Shown: positions 28,612 through 43,624, counted from the whole stretch's first letter. The stretch: 63,762 nt of DNA, filler included, from Octopus bimaculoides (GCF_001194135.2; 5 parts of 5 records of this genome joined end to end with filler, not necessarily neighbours in it), one strand, 5' to 3'. Numbers and translations: made by a program. The notes: generated from the letters alone by a model not told the origin.

Positions 28612-31600
28612 AATACTACTATTCACTAATGTTTGCAATTTGTTCCCTTCACCTGGTGACTCTTCATGTGAGTTTTCAGGCCACCAAAAGCAATGTGGAT
28701 ATGAACATCAGCATGGCATGTTAATCCAGCAAGTAACCTAGCTGAGACATCATAATATGGACAATGGTGGTTCTTAGGAAGACCATTGTTCTGTGTGTGT
28801 GTGTGTGTGTGCTCATGCACTCACACACACATACCCACACGTCTTTGTATTTGTCCCCACTTCTCACAGCTTGGCAACCAGTGTCAGTGTATTTACATCC
28901 CCGTAACTTAGCAGTTTGGCAAAAGAGACTTCTAGATTAAATACCATGCTTTAAGTAAAATAAGTAGCGAAGTCAATTCCTTTGGTTAAAATTCTTCAAG
29001 GTGGTGCCCCAGTATGGCCACAGTCTAATGACTGAAACAAGTAAAGGATAAAAGATTAAGTAAATTATAGTTTACCATTAAGCAATGATAATGAAGATAA
29101 AAAAACCAAAAAGATTATAGTACATGGCTTTAATATCCTGCAGTATTAACTACTCTGAAGAGGAATTTGAGCTTTGTAATCAACATAGAATCTAAAACGA
29201 ATCTATTATACGGTTTCCTTTCTTTTTATTATTCTACACATTGCAACAAGTTAAAATACTACGATCCTTTTAATGGGTGACATTATGTCTGTGGGATGAA
29301 AATATGGTCATTTATGCAGAACAAAGAAACAGCATGAGATATCCAGATGTGAAATCTTACTCAGAGATGAAACTGTCCAGTTTAATTTAAATGACATCTT
29401 TTAATAGCAAATATTGATTTATGCGTTCTTGGAAAAGCTAATTTTCAAGTGTAAAGCAAAAGTATGAGATGAAAAATATCTCTTTACAGATGATTACAGA
29501 TTCTAAAAGGAGAGAAAATTAGTTGCTATTTTCAATTGTAGTGCCAAAGAAATATTACTCAAATCATTAAGTCTGATATATTGGTAATTATCCAAAATGG
29601 TTACTTGAAATCAAAGAGTGCAAGTGTTGTGCCTCAGAGAAGAACTTACATGTACAAAAGGTTTTCATACATCATTTGTTCTTGTATAACATTTATTTTC
29701 ATCTTAGAAATTATACAAAAAGGTGCAGAATTTCTATGAAGTAAAGAAAAGCATCAAATGGAATTAAATGCTCTTTGAAGATTTTACAGTTTATTGGCTT
29801 GCAATTATTACAGATAAACATAGATTATTTTTAGATGCAAATCCAAAATGTTCATAATACATCATAATATATAATACAATCATTTATTCTAAGTCTTCAG
29901 TCATCTCCTCAATAAATATATCTTTATTGGTATGTCTTTATTTGTAACTTTCAAAACTCTTCAAAACTTTGAAGGTATTTTTCCAGAAATTTCATGGATA
30001 GATTAACATAGAGCATGGACTAATTTATTTTGTCTACTCCAGTTCTTCCTATTTTTAAAGTCCAACCATAAACTGACATTTACAACAGCATTCCTATATT
30101 CTTATGCCAACTACATTGTTATTTATTGGTAGCAACTTTCATCACATAAACAATGTTTAATATTCTGCAAAGAACATTTCCAATATCTTGACAAAACCAT
30201 TTCAATTTATTGATCAGTTATAAATACATTTTATAACATTCAAAGGAGAACATTTCTATATGTTTGAGAGAGTATAGAATTTTTATGACTAGCAGAACAT
30301 TTCCTTGCAAAATTGATCTTAATTAGAAGTTCTTAGCCATGTACGGTTAGACGGAAATTCACAATCAGTTACAAAAACATTCTGGTGAAAGTATTATTTC
30401 CACAAATATTTGGTACATTAGAAAGAAAAGAAATATCTTAATTCTTAATTGTTTTGTTTAACTTTGTTGCAATTTTATGGGTGCGTATTTGTGTGTGTGA
30501 GCATGTGTGTGAACATGTGTGTGTGTATGTGAAAGAGAGAGAGTGAGAGGGAGAGAAAGATAATGTTGGAGTTTTTCCTAAATTTTAATGACACATTTTT
30601 AACAGATTACATTTGATAAAATGCCAATATTAACCCAAGCCTGAATTTATAATTTCAATCTTACAGCATACTAACCTCTTTTCCATGGCTCCAGTATTTA
30701 TTGCAGTGAATAGTGACTTTTCAATTAGTTAGAAAAAGACTTGGAGACACAGTCCTGTGTTGGTTTTAAAACATGAACCAGAGATTCTTTGGTTAGCAGG
30801 ATCCTTAAAAACTTGCCTATCTACTTATTGAGTAAATCTGAAGAAAATAGGTGTGCTCATGGCTGTCACAGATCCTCAAGACCATCGAAACTGGTGCTGG
30901 CAATATTCCACTATTTCTAACCCAGATCCAAGGTTCCTTCATTGGAATTTCAATATCAACAACAGGGCATTTTTGTTTGCATGCATGTTACAAATAAATA
31001 GCTACAGGAAAACATGGCCAGGGAGTAAAATTTTAGCAGCTGTTGTGCTAGGGAAGAAAGAAAGAACCCCTGTCATAGAGTAGAACTTGAAGGGAACACT
31101 CTATGGATAACAGGAGAAAAGACAAGTGAGTAAAGCATACTGGGTGTGTCATGAGATCAGTCAGTTCTGAGAAGCAGAGGCCATTGTTGTAGTAGTAGAA
31201 AAGACAGAGAGAGGAAACATCACATTTCTGAGTGATTTTATGAATGTTAGTTAAATGTTTTTTTTGGTGGGGAGGAATCATTCTAGGATGTCCGTGTGTA
31301 GTTGGAGCAGTATTTTTCCAGATGTAGGACCTGTACTCCTTTGTGAGTTTCACCTGAGCCACACTTCTATTTTTAATATCAAACACAAAAGCACTTCAAG
31401 TAAGTATTTGATGTATCCGATTTTAGTAGCTGTTTTAAATTTCAAATAATGTGATGAGTATTTAGAAACTGATTTTGACACCAATACTTTGAAGATAAAA
31501 AGGTCTTAGATGTTAGCTTTTTTCCCTCTTACTTAGCAATAATCCTGATTCGTCATGCAGCTATTTCCTTTGTAATTTAATACCAGCTGCAAGAAATAGA

Positions 31601-33590
31601 TAAAACCATCAGCTATTTAGATCAACACATTTTTTAACGTTAAATAGTATTGGCATTAGATAGGATCTCTCTTATTTGATCTGTTAATTATTTTATTTGA
31701 AGTTAATTATCATTATTTAAGATGGAGTTAATTATTATTTAAAACAGAATTCAGTTTTGAGGATAAAAACACGCTTCATATTTTTCTTTCTCGTTTTTTT
31801 TTATTTTCCAATATGATAAAAATTTGGCTGTTGTTATGAAAACTTTGTGATAAGAATCACAGGGGTTTCAGCCAAGTGAATAAATATCAGCTTCGTTAGT
31901 AGTATTGAAATTAAGGTAATTAAAATAGCATAAAGAATAGTAATGACAAACTGAGCTAAGAACTTCCAGACTTGTCTTTCTTAAAATTTGCTTCAAGATG
32001 TAAAAATCTAAAAGGTATGTATCCTCTACTAATAACCATAAATGTTTTTTTTAACTCACTGCTTATACTTTATAACCTAGCTCCATGATATAAGTTAATA
32101 TAATAAAAGTAAATTAATATACCGTTAGTCCATCACAAAACATGTAAGAATCATTGAATATTATACAATGAAAATAGCAAGACCCTCAGCAAGCCTTCTT
32201 ATTTTAACAATGAAGCATAATTGAATCAGCTGATGTCACTTATGAGTATTTCTTACTTCTTTATTGAATATGAAAGAGAGTTGTCCATCAAAAGAGATGG
32301 TACTTCGGTTATCGGAATTCTTACAAAATCTATCATACACATGTATGCATGTATGTGTGTCTGTCTGCCTGTCTGTCTGTCTGTCTGTATGTCTGTATGT
32401 ATGTCATTATTCAGTTTTATTTCAAGATTTCTTGCCAATAGAGAAAGAATCGGTTTCTAACCTAGATCTAAGGTTCCTTCATTGGAACTTCAATATCAAC
32501 AACAGGGTATTTTTGTTTGTATGTATGTATGTATGTATGTATGTTTGTATGTATGTATGTGTGCAGATTTGTATATTTTGCTTTATCTATGTCTTCTCAT
32601 GCAAAGACTTTCATATCTAGATATGCTCATATATACTTAAATAGTAAACTTCTGGAAAGGTTTACAGATATTTACAGTTCCAGTGATGGTTTAGATCTGT
32701 AGCCTTCGAATTAGCTTTCTCCTTTCTGATTTTGAGAGACCTTAGACAGTGTGTTACTTATCCAAGGTTCCCAATAATTACAGGTGTAAACCTGAACTTG
32801 TTATCTGGATAGAGCAACTGCAAATTTCTCAATAGTTAATTTCATGAACAGGCTGTTCTGTTGATCAAATCAACCGGAACCCTTGTCGTCGTAACCGATG
32901 GAGTGTCACATATCAGGGAAGAACAGACTTCACCAAACTTGCAGAAGTAGCAATGGAAACATCAGTTAGTAAAGGTAAATAAATGTATGCCGCTTGCTTA
33001 GTAAAATAGAATTGTTTAGTACTTGAGAATATGTTTAGAAGAATGTCACTCAGCACAGGTACACTCAAAATGTCTGATGAAAATTTGAGTTCAATTGAAA
33101 GAGTTAAACCAGCAGCAAAACATGGAGATGAAAGAAAATATACAGCAAATTATGGAATATCAATATATAAATAGCAGAAAGCTCGGTACATCTTCTCTGC
33201 AGACACAAAATCTATAGATATTTTGGAAGATTTCAGCATCCTCTTGAACAATCTTCAACCAACTCTGATATTCACATTTCATGTTATAATGCTATTCAAA
33301 AATAATACCAACATCACAACAGTTATATATCATAAAGACATAGATATATATCATAAGAAGATATGTATCATAAATAGATGTATATCATAAAGACATAGAT
33401 AAACATCAGGACCTGAACTTTGAATCATACCATGCAGCACAAACAAAATGTAACACCCTATTTTGCTTAGAGAGGGAAATTTGTACTACAGTTGATATTG
33501 TAGATAACCAGAAACAAACAACTCTCAGAACTCAAAGAATTCCTACTCAAGCAAAAATATTCACCTCTACCAATAGAAAATGGTACACAA

Positions 33591-34238
33591 CATCATCATC
33601 ATCGTCGTCGTCATTTAACGTCCACTTTCCATGCTGGCATGGGTTGGACGGTTTGACTGAGAGGTTCCAATCCGATCTGGCAATGTTTCTACAGCTGGAT
33701 GACCTTCCTAACGCTAACCACTCCGAGAGTGTAGTGGGTGTTTTTATGTGCCACCGACACGAGGGCCAGTCAGGTGGTACTGGCATTGGCCATACTTGAA
33801 TGGTGCTTTTTACATGCCACTGGCACAGGTGCCAATCAGGTAGTACTGTCATCAGCCATGACAACAACTTCACTTGCCTCAACAGGTCTTCACAAGTGCA
33901 GTTTATTGCCCAATAATTGGTGGGTACTTTTAAATGGGCCGGTTATGCTGCACTGGCATAGGCTATGGTTACGATTTCATTTGGCTTGCCGGGTCTTCTC
34001 AAGCACAGCATATGCCCAACATCATCATCATCATTTAACATCCGCTTTCCATGCTAGCATGGATTGGACGATTTGACTGGGGACTGGCAAAGCGGATGGC
34101 TACACCAGACTCCAATCTGATTCGGCAGAGTTTCTACAGCTGGATGCCCTTCCTAACGCCAACCACTCCGAGAGTATAGTGGGTGCTTTTTACGTGCCAC
34201 CAGCACGAGGGCCAGTCCGGTGGTACTGGCAATGGCAT
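33591..34238 (-). mobile_element. Two tandem 3'UTR copies of the same RTE family
   Basis: Each begins with (CAT)n-TTTAAC(G/A)TCC...CTGGATG(A/C)CCTTCCTAACGC; starts at 33591 and 34019. Confidence 0.85.
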
Positions 34239-34439
34239 GTAAAAGAAAATAGAAAATAGTTGTAAGACAAACTGAAGCAACCCCAAAAAGAGAAACACAA
34301 GACCAGAATATCAAACCTTTTATAGTGGTACACAATCCATGTCATCAAAATATTTTAATATCACCAAATGAAATTTGTTCATCGTCAGACAAAGTAACAA
34401 ATTAAAGATTTAATTACTGATTGTACACTTGAAATAAAG

Positions 34440-34587
34440 GCACAAGCAGAGTGGTATGGTAAGGAGACTGCTTCTCAACCACATGGTCCCAGGTTCAGTC
34501 CCACTTTGTGGGTGTATGCTACTATAGCCTTGGACCAACCAAAGGCTTGTGAGTGGTTTTGGTAGATGGAAACTGAAAGAAGCCTCT

Positions 34588-34622
<35 letters not shown>

Positions 34623-35104
34623 TTGTGTGTGTATGCACCCATGTATGCGTGTGTATGCATGTATGTGTATGTGTATGCATGTATGTGTGTGTATGCATGT
34701 AGGTGCATGTGTATGCATGTATGTGTGTATGCATGTATATGTGTGTATGCATGTATGTGTGAATGCATGTATGTGTTTGTGACTGTGTCTGAGTGTATGC
34801 ATGTATGCGTGTGTATATGCATGCATGTGTGTGTGATTGTGTGTGTTTATGCATGTATGTGTTTGTGTGTGATTGTGTGCGTGTGTGTCTGTGTGTCTGT
34901 GTGCATATCTTTGTGTCAGTGTTTGTCCCCCACCATCACTTGACAACTGGTGTTGGTATGTTTATGTCCCCATAACCTAGTGGTTCAGTAAAAGGAATCG
35001 ATGGAAGAAGTACCAGGCTTAAGAACAAAAAAGCTAAGTACTGAGGTTGATGTGATTGACTAAAACTTCTTCAAGGTGGTGCTCCAGCATGGCCACAGTC
35101 TAAT
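34440..35104 (+). mobile_element. SINE family A with expanded internal TGTATGCA-type microsatellite
   Basis: Head 34440-34590, ~320-nt repeat tract, tail 34920-35104. Confidence 0.85.
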
Positions 35105-35380
35105 NNNNNNNNNNNNNNNNNNNNNNNNNNNNNNNNNNNNNNNNNNNNNNNNNNNNNNNNNNNNNNNNNNNNNNNNNNNNNNNNNNNNNNNNNNNNNNNN
35201 NNNNNNNNNNNNNNNNNNNNNNNNNNNNNNNNNNNNNNNNNNNNNNNNNNNNNNNNNNNNNNNNNNNNNNNNNNNNNNNNNNNNNNNNNNNNNNNNNNNN
35301 NNNNNNNNNNNNNNNNNNNNNNNNNNNNNNNNNNNNNNNNNNNNNNNNNNNNNNNNNNNNNNNNNNNNNNNNNNNNNNNN

Positions 35381-35556
35381 GGGGAACAGTCGATTAGATC
35401 GACTCCAGTACGCAACTAGCACTTAATTTATCAACCCTGAAAGATGAAAGGCAAAGTCGACCTCAGCGGAATTTGAACTCAGAACATAAAGACAGACAAA
35501 ATACCACTAAGTATTTCACCCGGCGTGCTAATGTTTCTACCAGCTTGCTGCCTTGA

Positions 35557-35592
<36 letters not shown>

Positions 35593-35870
35593 TTTTTCTA
35601 CACTAGGCACAAGGCCTGAAATTTTTGAGGAGGAGCCAGTTAATTAGATTGACTCTAGTATACAACTGATACTTAATTTATCAACCCTGAAAGGATGAAA
35701 GGCAAAGTTGACCTCGGCAGAATTTGAACTCAGAGCGTAAAGACAAACGAAATACCACTAAGCATTTCACCCAGTAAAGTTTCTGAAAAGTAAAATCGAC
35801 ATCAGCAGAATTTGAACTCGGATTGTAAAGACAAATGAAAGCATTTTGCCCAGCATGCTAATGATTCTGT
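35381..35870 (-). mobile_element. Tandem cluster of decayed SINE family B copies
   Basis: Repeated ATTTATCAACCCTGAAAG(G)ATGAAAGGCAAAGT segments at 35425 and 35677. Confidence 0.8.
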
Positions 35871-36450
35871 CAATATTAATATTAATATTAACATTAATAT
35901 TGACTTTGGATTTAATTTTGCTCAAAAACTCTTTAAATTTTAATAATAATATTATAATCTAAATTTCATTTCATTTAAAATTGTTTAAGGAGAACTACCA
36001 TTCATAGCAACAGATGTTTCTTAACATGTAGCTGTAACCGAATCATTTCACAATGACTCTGATTGGCTAAAATGTTTATATGAATAAGTGCTGTTGATGT
36101 CAACTGTATTGGCACACAAACCAAGGCAACTAAGCCACATTTTGATTGGTCAGCCTGCTGGAGCATGCCAGAAGGTATTCAAAGAAAAAAATTCAATAAT
36201 TTCACTACATTTGTCAACTGTGAAACGCATTAGCTGTTTGTTACATATATACATTTATCTGAAAAATCTTAAAAAGCATGAAGTATTAGTAAGTAAAATT
36301 GTAAAACTACAAAGATAAAATCGGAAAATCAGGGCATGTTGAAATTTGATCTTCTACGACAATGGTTCCCAACCTGGGGATCTATGGAACCTTGGTGGTC
36401 CACAAAAGTAGTATTGGGAGTTTGTGAACTAAATTCAAAATTTCATATAA

Positions 36451-36488
<38 letters not shown>

Positions 36489-36974
36489 NNNNNNNNNNNN
36501 NNNNNNNNNNNNNNNNNNNNNNNNNNNNNNNNNNNNNNNNNNNNNNNNNNNNNNNNNNNNNNNNNNNNNNNNNNNNNNNNNNNNNNNNNNNNNNNNNNNN
36601 NNNNNNNNNNNNNNNNNNNNNNNNNNNNNNNNNNNNNNNNNNNNNNNNNNNNNNNNNNNNNNNNNNNNNNNNNNNNNNNNNNNNNNNNNNNNNNNNNNNN
36701 NNNNNNNNNNNNNNNNNNNNNNNNNNNNNNNNNNNNNNNNNNNNNNNNNNNNNNNNNNNNNNNNNNNNNNNNNNNNNNNNNNNNNNNNNNNNNNNNNNNN
36801 NNNNNNNNNNNNNNNNNNNNNNNNNNNNNNNNNNNNNNNNNNNNNNNNNNNNNNNNNNNNNNNNNNNNNNNNNNNNNNNNNNNNNNNNNNNNNNNNNNNN
36901 NNNNNNNNNNNNNNNNNNNNNNNNNNNNNNNNNNNNNNNNNNNNNNNNNNNNNNNNNNNNNNNNNNNNNNNNNN

Positions 36975-37008
<34 letters not shown>

Positions 37009-37078
37009 TGGGGAGAGTCATTCTCTTTTGGTGCCTTATGATTTAACACACTCACCGGTAAAATTTCCACTTATTATA

Positions 37079-37455
37079 GGCACAAGAGTGGCTGTGTGGT
37101 AACTAACTTGCTTACCAGCCACATGGTTCTGGTTTCAGTCCCACTGTGTGGCAACAAAGCCCTGTGAGTGGATTTGGGAGAACGAAACTGAAAGAAGCCC
37201 GTCGTATATATGTATATATATATGTATGTGTGTGTATAATGTTGTTATTATAGTGCATTGTTGTGCCATTCAAGACACATTATATTGACAACCGATGGTG
37301 GTGTGTTTACGTCCCCGTAACTTAGCAGTTCGGCGAAAGAGAATGATAGAATAAGCACTAGGCTTACAAAGAATAAGTCCTGGGGTCGATTTGCATGACT
37401 AAAGACGGTGCTCCAGCATGGCCACAGTCAAATGACTGAAACGAGTAAAAGAGCA
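37079..37455 (+). mobile_element. SINE family A, full-length copy
   Basis: Head at 37079, tail ...GACTGAAACGAGTAAAAGAG at about 37455. Confidence 0.88.
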
Positions 37456-37747
37456 AAAAGAGTAAAGAGCATGTATCCCACACCACTAACGAATCTCCAC
37501 TTTGCCGTTCTTTGCATTACTTGATCGCAATTCTTTGAGTGTAATTGCGTGAGTGTGTGCCTGTTATTGATCCATTCCGATTACACCATTAGACTTTCCC
37601 ATCACATTCTATCGCACTATCTACCTCTTTCTTGATCTTCCTCACATCTTAACTCCCACTTCTTCACTGCACTACATCTCTCATTCAATGCACTACTTCT
37701 TCATCTACTTCTTGTCTCCATCTTTTAACCTTACCCTTTACTCTATC

Positions 37748-38385
37748 TCTCTTTTACTTGTTTCAGTCATTTGACTGTGGCCATGCTGGAGCACCAGCTT
37801 TTAGTCAAGCAAATCGACCCCAGGACTTATTCTTTAGAAGCATAGTACTTATTCTATCGGTCTCTTTTGCCGAATCACTAAGTTACGGAGATGTAAACAC
37901 ACCANNNNNNNNNNNNNNNNNNNNNNNNNNNNNNNNNNNNNNNNNNNNNNNNNNNNNNNNNNNNNNNNNNNNNNNNNNNNNNNNNNNNNNNNNNNNNNNN
38001 NNNNNNNNNNNNNNNNNNNNNNNNNNNNNNNNNNNNNNNNNNNNNNNNNNNNNNNNNNNNNNNNNNNNNNNNNNNNNNNNNNNNNNNNNNNNNNNNNNNN
38101 NNNNNNNNNNNNNNNNNNNNNNNNNNNNNNNNNNNNNNNNNNNNNNNNNNNNNNNNNNNNNNNNNNNNNNNNNNNNNNNNNNNNNNNNNNNATATATATA
38201 TATATATATACATATATACATATATACGAGGGGCTTCTTTCAGTTTCCGTCTACCAAATCCATTCACAAGGCTTTGGTCGGCCCAAGGGTATAATAGAAG
38301 ACACTTGCCCAAGGTGCCACGCAGTGGGACTGAACCCGGAACCATGTGGTTTGTAAGCAAGCTACTTACCACACAGCCACTCCTA
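37748..38385 (-). mobile_element. SINE family A, gapped copy inverted relative to 37079-37455
   Basis: Tail at 37748, head at 38385, central N gap. Confidence 0.88.
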
Positions 38386-38977
38386 CGCCTTATTCACTTC
38401 TTCACTTCCACCATCGCATACATTATTTTACTAATATTTCAAAGCATCTATGCTTGAAACTTTAGACATTTTTCATTGCTCGTAACAGCCAAACTTACCA
38501 ATTACCATGGTTTATTGAACCTTTTGACAGTGTCTGTTTCTCCAATATCTCAAATGGGATTAGCAATTTTCATCTTGTACTCGTTAAGTCAAATCAAAAA
38601 CGACTGTATCACTCTGATCGTGAAAGTCCCAAAATGGTATCCATAGCTATGACAAAAATTTTATCTGCTAAAAATGGTAAACCCATTATTAAGGCTCTCT
38701 TGGGATTTAACACAACAGGACCTGTAATTATATCTGTAGGCATCTCTGGATGATAGAAGTATGGAAGAGCAAATCAATCATTATATGAAATACTAACCTG
38801 TCTGATAAAGATAAATGGATTAACTGATTATCTTTTAAGACTCAGTTTAAGACCTGAGTAGTGATTCTTCAAGTAATAGATATACAGACAACAGATTGAT
38901 ACATACTTACATACATACATACATATATAAATATACATACTCAAACACATACACAAACTGACACACACACTCACAGA

Positions 38978-39017
<40 letters not shown>

Positions 39018-40257
39018 CACACACATTAACAAACTCACACAGATGAAGATATATTATATATATTATATTATATATATTATAAATAAATATATATANNNNN
39101 NNNNNNNNNNNNNNNNNNNNNNNNNNNNNNNNNNNNNNNNNNNNNNNNNNNNNNNNNNNNNNNNNNNNNNNNNNNNNNNNNNNNNNNNNNNNNNNNNNNN
39201 NNNNNNNNNNNNNNNNNNNNNNNNNNNNNNNNNNNNNNNNNNNNNNNNNNNATACGATGTGTATGTTTGAGTATACACACAACATCATCATCATGAAGAC
39301 TATTGTCTCCTTCATCATTTTAACATCAACTTTTCCATGCTTGTAAAAGTCAGATGAAATTCATTGAAGCAGATATTTTCTATGGCTGGACGCCCGGCCT
39401 GTTACCAAGCTTCCACCTGTTTCCAAGCAACAGAATATTTCTCTACGGTCAAACATGCTTTCACAGAACACTGAAAATAAACAAAACTTCTTCTGTGACA
39501 GAGATGCTTCATAAGAATTGTCACATAATGTTAGAACAAAAAAACACAAACATATGGAAGACAACAGGCTTCTTTCAGTTTCTGTGTACCAAATCCACTC
39601 ACAAGATTTTGTTTGGCTCAGGGCTATAGTAGAAGATTCTTGCCCAAGCTGCTAAGCAGTGGCACTAAACTCAAGACCACATGATTAGGAATTAAGCCTT
39701 TTACTCATCTTTATACACCTGTGTGCTATCATGTATACATAATATGATACAATATGATATGATATACATACAGTCCTGCATACATGCATACGTACATACA
39801 TACATACATACATACATACATACATGATGGACTCTCCTGTCATTAGATGACGTATGAGGGTCTGACAATTTCTTACTGAGCAACCACAAATGATTTGTTT
39901 GTAGTGATCAAATGTTTGTGTATGCATAAGCTCGCTCCCTCCTTCAAATTGACATTACCTGTAGAGGTGCAATGGTTGCCACATGTCAGATGCCGAAGTG
40001 ATCACAGAGCAATGTAAAATGAAGTGCTTTGCTCAAGGACACAATGCAATGCCCTGTCTGGGAATCGAACCCACGATTTCGCAATCATGAGTGCAACACC
40101 CTAACCACTGAGCCATGTGCCTTCACATACATACATACATACATTATACATACATTCGTATATACATACACAGACTCACACATACATACATATATATGTA
40201 CATACATATATACATACACACATATATATGTACAGATACGTACATAGATACATACTT

Positions 40258-41445
40258 CATCATCATCATCATTTAATGTCCACTCTCCATACTGGGATGG
40301 GTTGGACGGTTTGACTGAAACCTGGTAAGCTAGGGGGCTGCACCAGATTCCGATCTCATTTGGCAAGAATTCTATGGCTGGATGCCTGTCCTAACACCAA
40401 CCACTCCAAGAATGTAATGGGTGTTTTTACGTGCCAATGATGACCTGACACCGGCATTGGCCATGACTACAGTCTCACTTGGTTTGACAAGTCTACTACA
40501 CAAGCATGGTATATTACCAAAGGTCTTTGTCACCTGTCACTGACTCCATGAGGCCCAACACTCAAATGGCACAGGTGTTAGTCAGACAGCACTGGCATTG
40601 ACCATGACTACAAATTCACTCGGTTTGACAGGTCTTCACAAGCACAGCATATCACCCAACTATTGAAGGATGCTTTTAACAGCCCAGTTACACAACACCG
40701 GTATCAGCCACAATTCCAATCTCATTTGGCTTGACAGGTCTTTTAAAGCACAGCATATCTCCAATGTTTGTATACACATAAGCTCGCTCCCTCAATCAAA
40801 TCCACATTACCTGTACAGGTTGCTTGTCATTGCCTCTGTGAGGCCCAATATTTGAAGAACATGCTTCATCACCTGGTCCTATGTCTTCCTGGGTTTACCT
40901 CTTCCACAGGTTCCCTCCACCGTTAGAATGTGACACTTCTTCACACAGTTGTCCTCGTCCATACATGTCACATGACCATACCAGCACAGTCATCTCTCTT
41001 GCACATCACATCTGATGCAACTTATGTCCAACTTTTCTCTCAAGATGCTGACACTCTGCCGTGCATGCATGCTGACATTACACATCCAGTGGAGCATACT
41101 AGCTCCATTTCTCACGAGCTTATGCATGTCCTCAGCAGTCACAGCCCATGTTTCACTGCCATGTAGCATGGATGTTCACACACAGGCATCACACAGTCTG
41201 CCTTCCACTCTGAGCAAGTGGCCCTTTGTTACCAGCAGAGGTAGGAGCTCTCTGAACTTTGCTCTACCTATTCTTATTCTAGCAGCTATGCCCTCAGAGC
41301 ATTCCCTGACCCCCACTACTGATTTGGTCACCTAGGTGACAGAAGCTATCACCTGCTTCTAGCTTTTTCCACTGGCGTGTGACGGAATCTGTTTTCTGTA
41401 CATTTTTGGCATTCATTATACCTGTGCATCTTCTACAACCAAAAA
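40258..41445 (-). mobile_element. RTE-clade LINE, 5'-truncated (RT C-terminus + 3'UTR + (GAT)n tail)
   Basis: KLEAGDSFCHLGDQISSG, ARIRIGRAKFRELLPLL, MLHGSETWAV, WYGHV, EGTCGRGKPRKT with stops and frameshifts. Confidence 0.88.
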
Positions 41446-42246
41446 GTACACACACACACACACACACATACATACGAACATACACACACTCACACATACA
41501 TACATACATAATATTCTGATCATCTTAAAATGCCTCAGAACCAATACAATTAAACCAAATCGAAATTTGTGATTTTTGTTGTTTTTTTTGTTCTGCATTA
41601 TATTTCAACAACAATTTCTCCAGAATTAAAGAAACTATATAAAATTCACTAAGTGCCAAATATTTCAGGACTGTCAATAATATAATATCTAAGACAGTAA
41701 AGAAGAAAAAAAAATATCTATATATTCACAGCATCAAAAGAGAAAGAAAAAAATAGAGATATTTCAAGAAATATCATTGAAATGCTAACAGTTAATATTT
41801 CTTTAAATTCATTTCTGTTACTCTAAATACACCCACACATATGAATGAATCTTTCATTCCATAAAAGTATGATTAATCATTTTGCAGAAGAATATGTGTA
41901 GCAGACATTTTCAATAAACTAACTGATCCAAGAAAGTATTAGATAAACCATTAATAGCTTGGAATTATACAGCTGAATAGAATATTACACTCCTATTTCT
42001 TAATGTTTCCTTCAAATTATTCATCATTTTTTTTAACATTTCTAAAAAATTTTTTTGATATTTTTTTTGTTAATAACTATTAGCAGACGGTATCAGAGTG
42101 CATGAGAGTTTTTTCTTTCTTTTTCTAAGCATTAACGAACTAAAATATCCCATTGCTTCTGGAATGATGCATTCTTATGGTTTCCAACTTAGATTCCATC
42201 CCTCAGTGTTCATACAACTCTAATAGTTATTTGTCTCACCCATGAC

Positions 42247-42255
42247 ACATCATCG

Positions 42256-42296
<41 letters not shown>

Positions 42297-42385
42297 GTCA
42301 TCATCATCATCGTCATCATCATCATCATCATCATCATTATCATCATCATCATCATCATCACCATCATCATCATCGTCATTGTCAT
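42247..42385. repeat. (CAT)n microsatellite (expanded RTE-family tail)
   Basis: Followed directly by TTTAACATCCATTTTCCATGCT of the RTE 3' end. Confidence 0.9.
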
Positions 42386-42436
42386 CATTTAACATCCATT
42401 TTCCATGCTGACATGAGCTGGACAGTTTGGCAGTAT

Positions 42437-42728
42437 GTTATCGACTTAATCCATTTGTCTGTCCTTGTTTGTCCCCTCTATGTTTAGCCCCTTGTGGGCA
42501 ATAAAGAAATAAGAAACATTAGCACACTGGGCGAAATGCTTAGCGGTACTTCGTCTGCCGTTACATTCCGAGTTCAAACTCCGCCAAGGTCGACTTTGCC
42601 TTCCATCCTTTCAGGGTCAATTAAATAAGTACCAGCTATGCACTGGGGTCGATGTAACCGACTTAATCTCTTTGTCTATCCTTGTTTGTCCCCTCTGTGT
42701 TTAGCCCCTTGTGGGCAATAAAGAAATA
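42437..42728 (+). mobile_element. SINE family B, tandem tail + near-full copy
   Basis: Duplicated tail GTTTAGCCCCTTGTGGGCAATAAAGAAATAA flanking the family B body; another decayed copy at 21380-21555. Confidence 0.85.
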
Positions 42729-43491
42729 AATATTAGAATGCAATGCAGCACTCTAATAAAATGCATATCAGTTTATCCAATGCATCTAATATTCAAAGAA
42801 TGTGATTTATATTTATCTTTACAAAGTGCAGTATCTTCATATCATGCATCTAACGCTCACAGAATGTGAATTACCATATATGGGTGTTTAAAAGATACAC
42901 ATGCATATTAGATGCACCCCAGTTACAGCAGTGCATTATTCAGGAATAAAGTTTTTTTAGTGCATTGACCCTTTTAACATTTAAATCAGCCGTATTCAAC
43001 CCCTAATTTTCTACTCGTTTTATGTTCTAACAGACTAGATATGGCCTTTCACACCTACCCTACAATGCCATTCACAGCATAAACAATCACATCAGTGAAA
43101 TCTCAAAGCTACAGTTTAATGAATGCTTAATTAAAAGTAATGTGAATGAATATATAGTACATTTGGCAGAGTAATCTAAATGCTAAAGGGTTAAAACTTT
43201 CAGAAGGTCCAACTTCATGTGTAGGGCTTGGGTTGATTTTTCAGGCACTTATTTAGTAAAAAACTGCATCTTATCTACCATCAAATATGACTTATTCATC
43301 TCTGTAAAGTGCATCTTTTTAATGCACGACATCTAATACTCGTACAATGTGAACTTTCTTCTTCACAGTGTCTGTATGTAGTTGGACAGTCCAAACCAAG
43401 AGGACTTGTGTTTCTTGTTTTCTTTATTAACATGGGACACTGTAAAACACCGCAAAACAAGACCATGTGCAGACAATTTGCCGATAGACCA

Positions 43492-43624
43492 TTCCCACAT
43501 GACCTCAGACTCAACATGGAGACCTACATCAAGTGTCTGGAGGAGTTTCTGCTGCCCTTTCGTCAAGAGGGTGGCTGCTGGAACACCTTATGTCTGGCAA
43601 CAGGACTTAGCATCATACCACACA
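43492..43624 (+). mobile_element. DD37D/maT-like Tc1-mariner transposase fragment
   Basis: FPHDLRLNMETYIKCLEEFLLP then, frameshifted, VKRVAAGTPYVWQQDLASYHT (xQQDxAxxH motif). Confidence 0.7.

Noticed and set aside
28626-28790. GLKTHMKSH zinc-finger-like peptide as a host gene exon
   Set aside because: No properly spaced Cys pair or splice support; more likely the decayed C-terminal knuckle of a LINE.
33074-33100. CTGATGA...GAAA hammerhead-like spacing
   Set aside because: Only an AATT/AATT stem II; no stem I or cleavage-site pairing.
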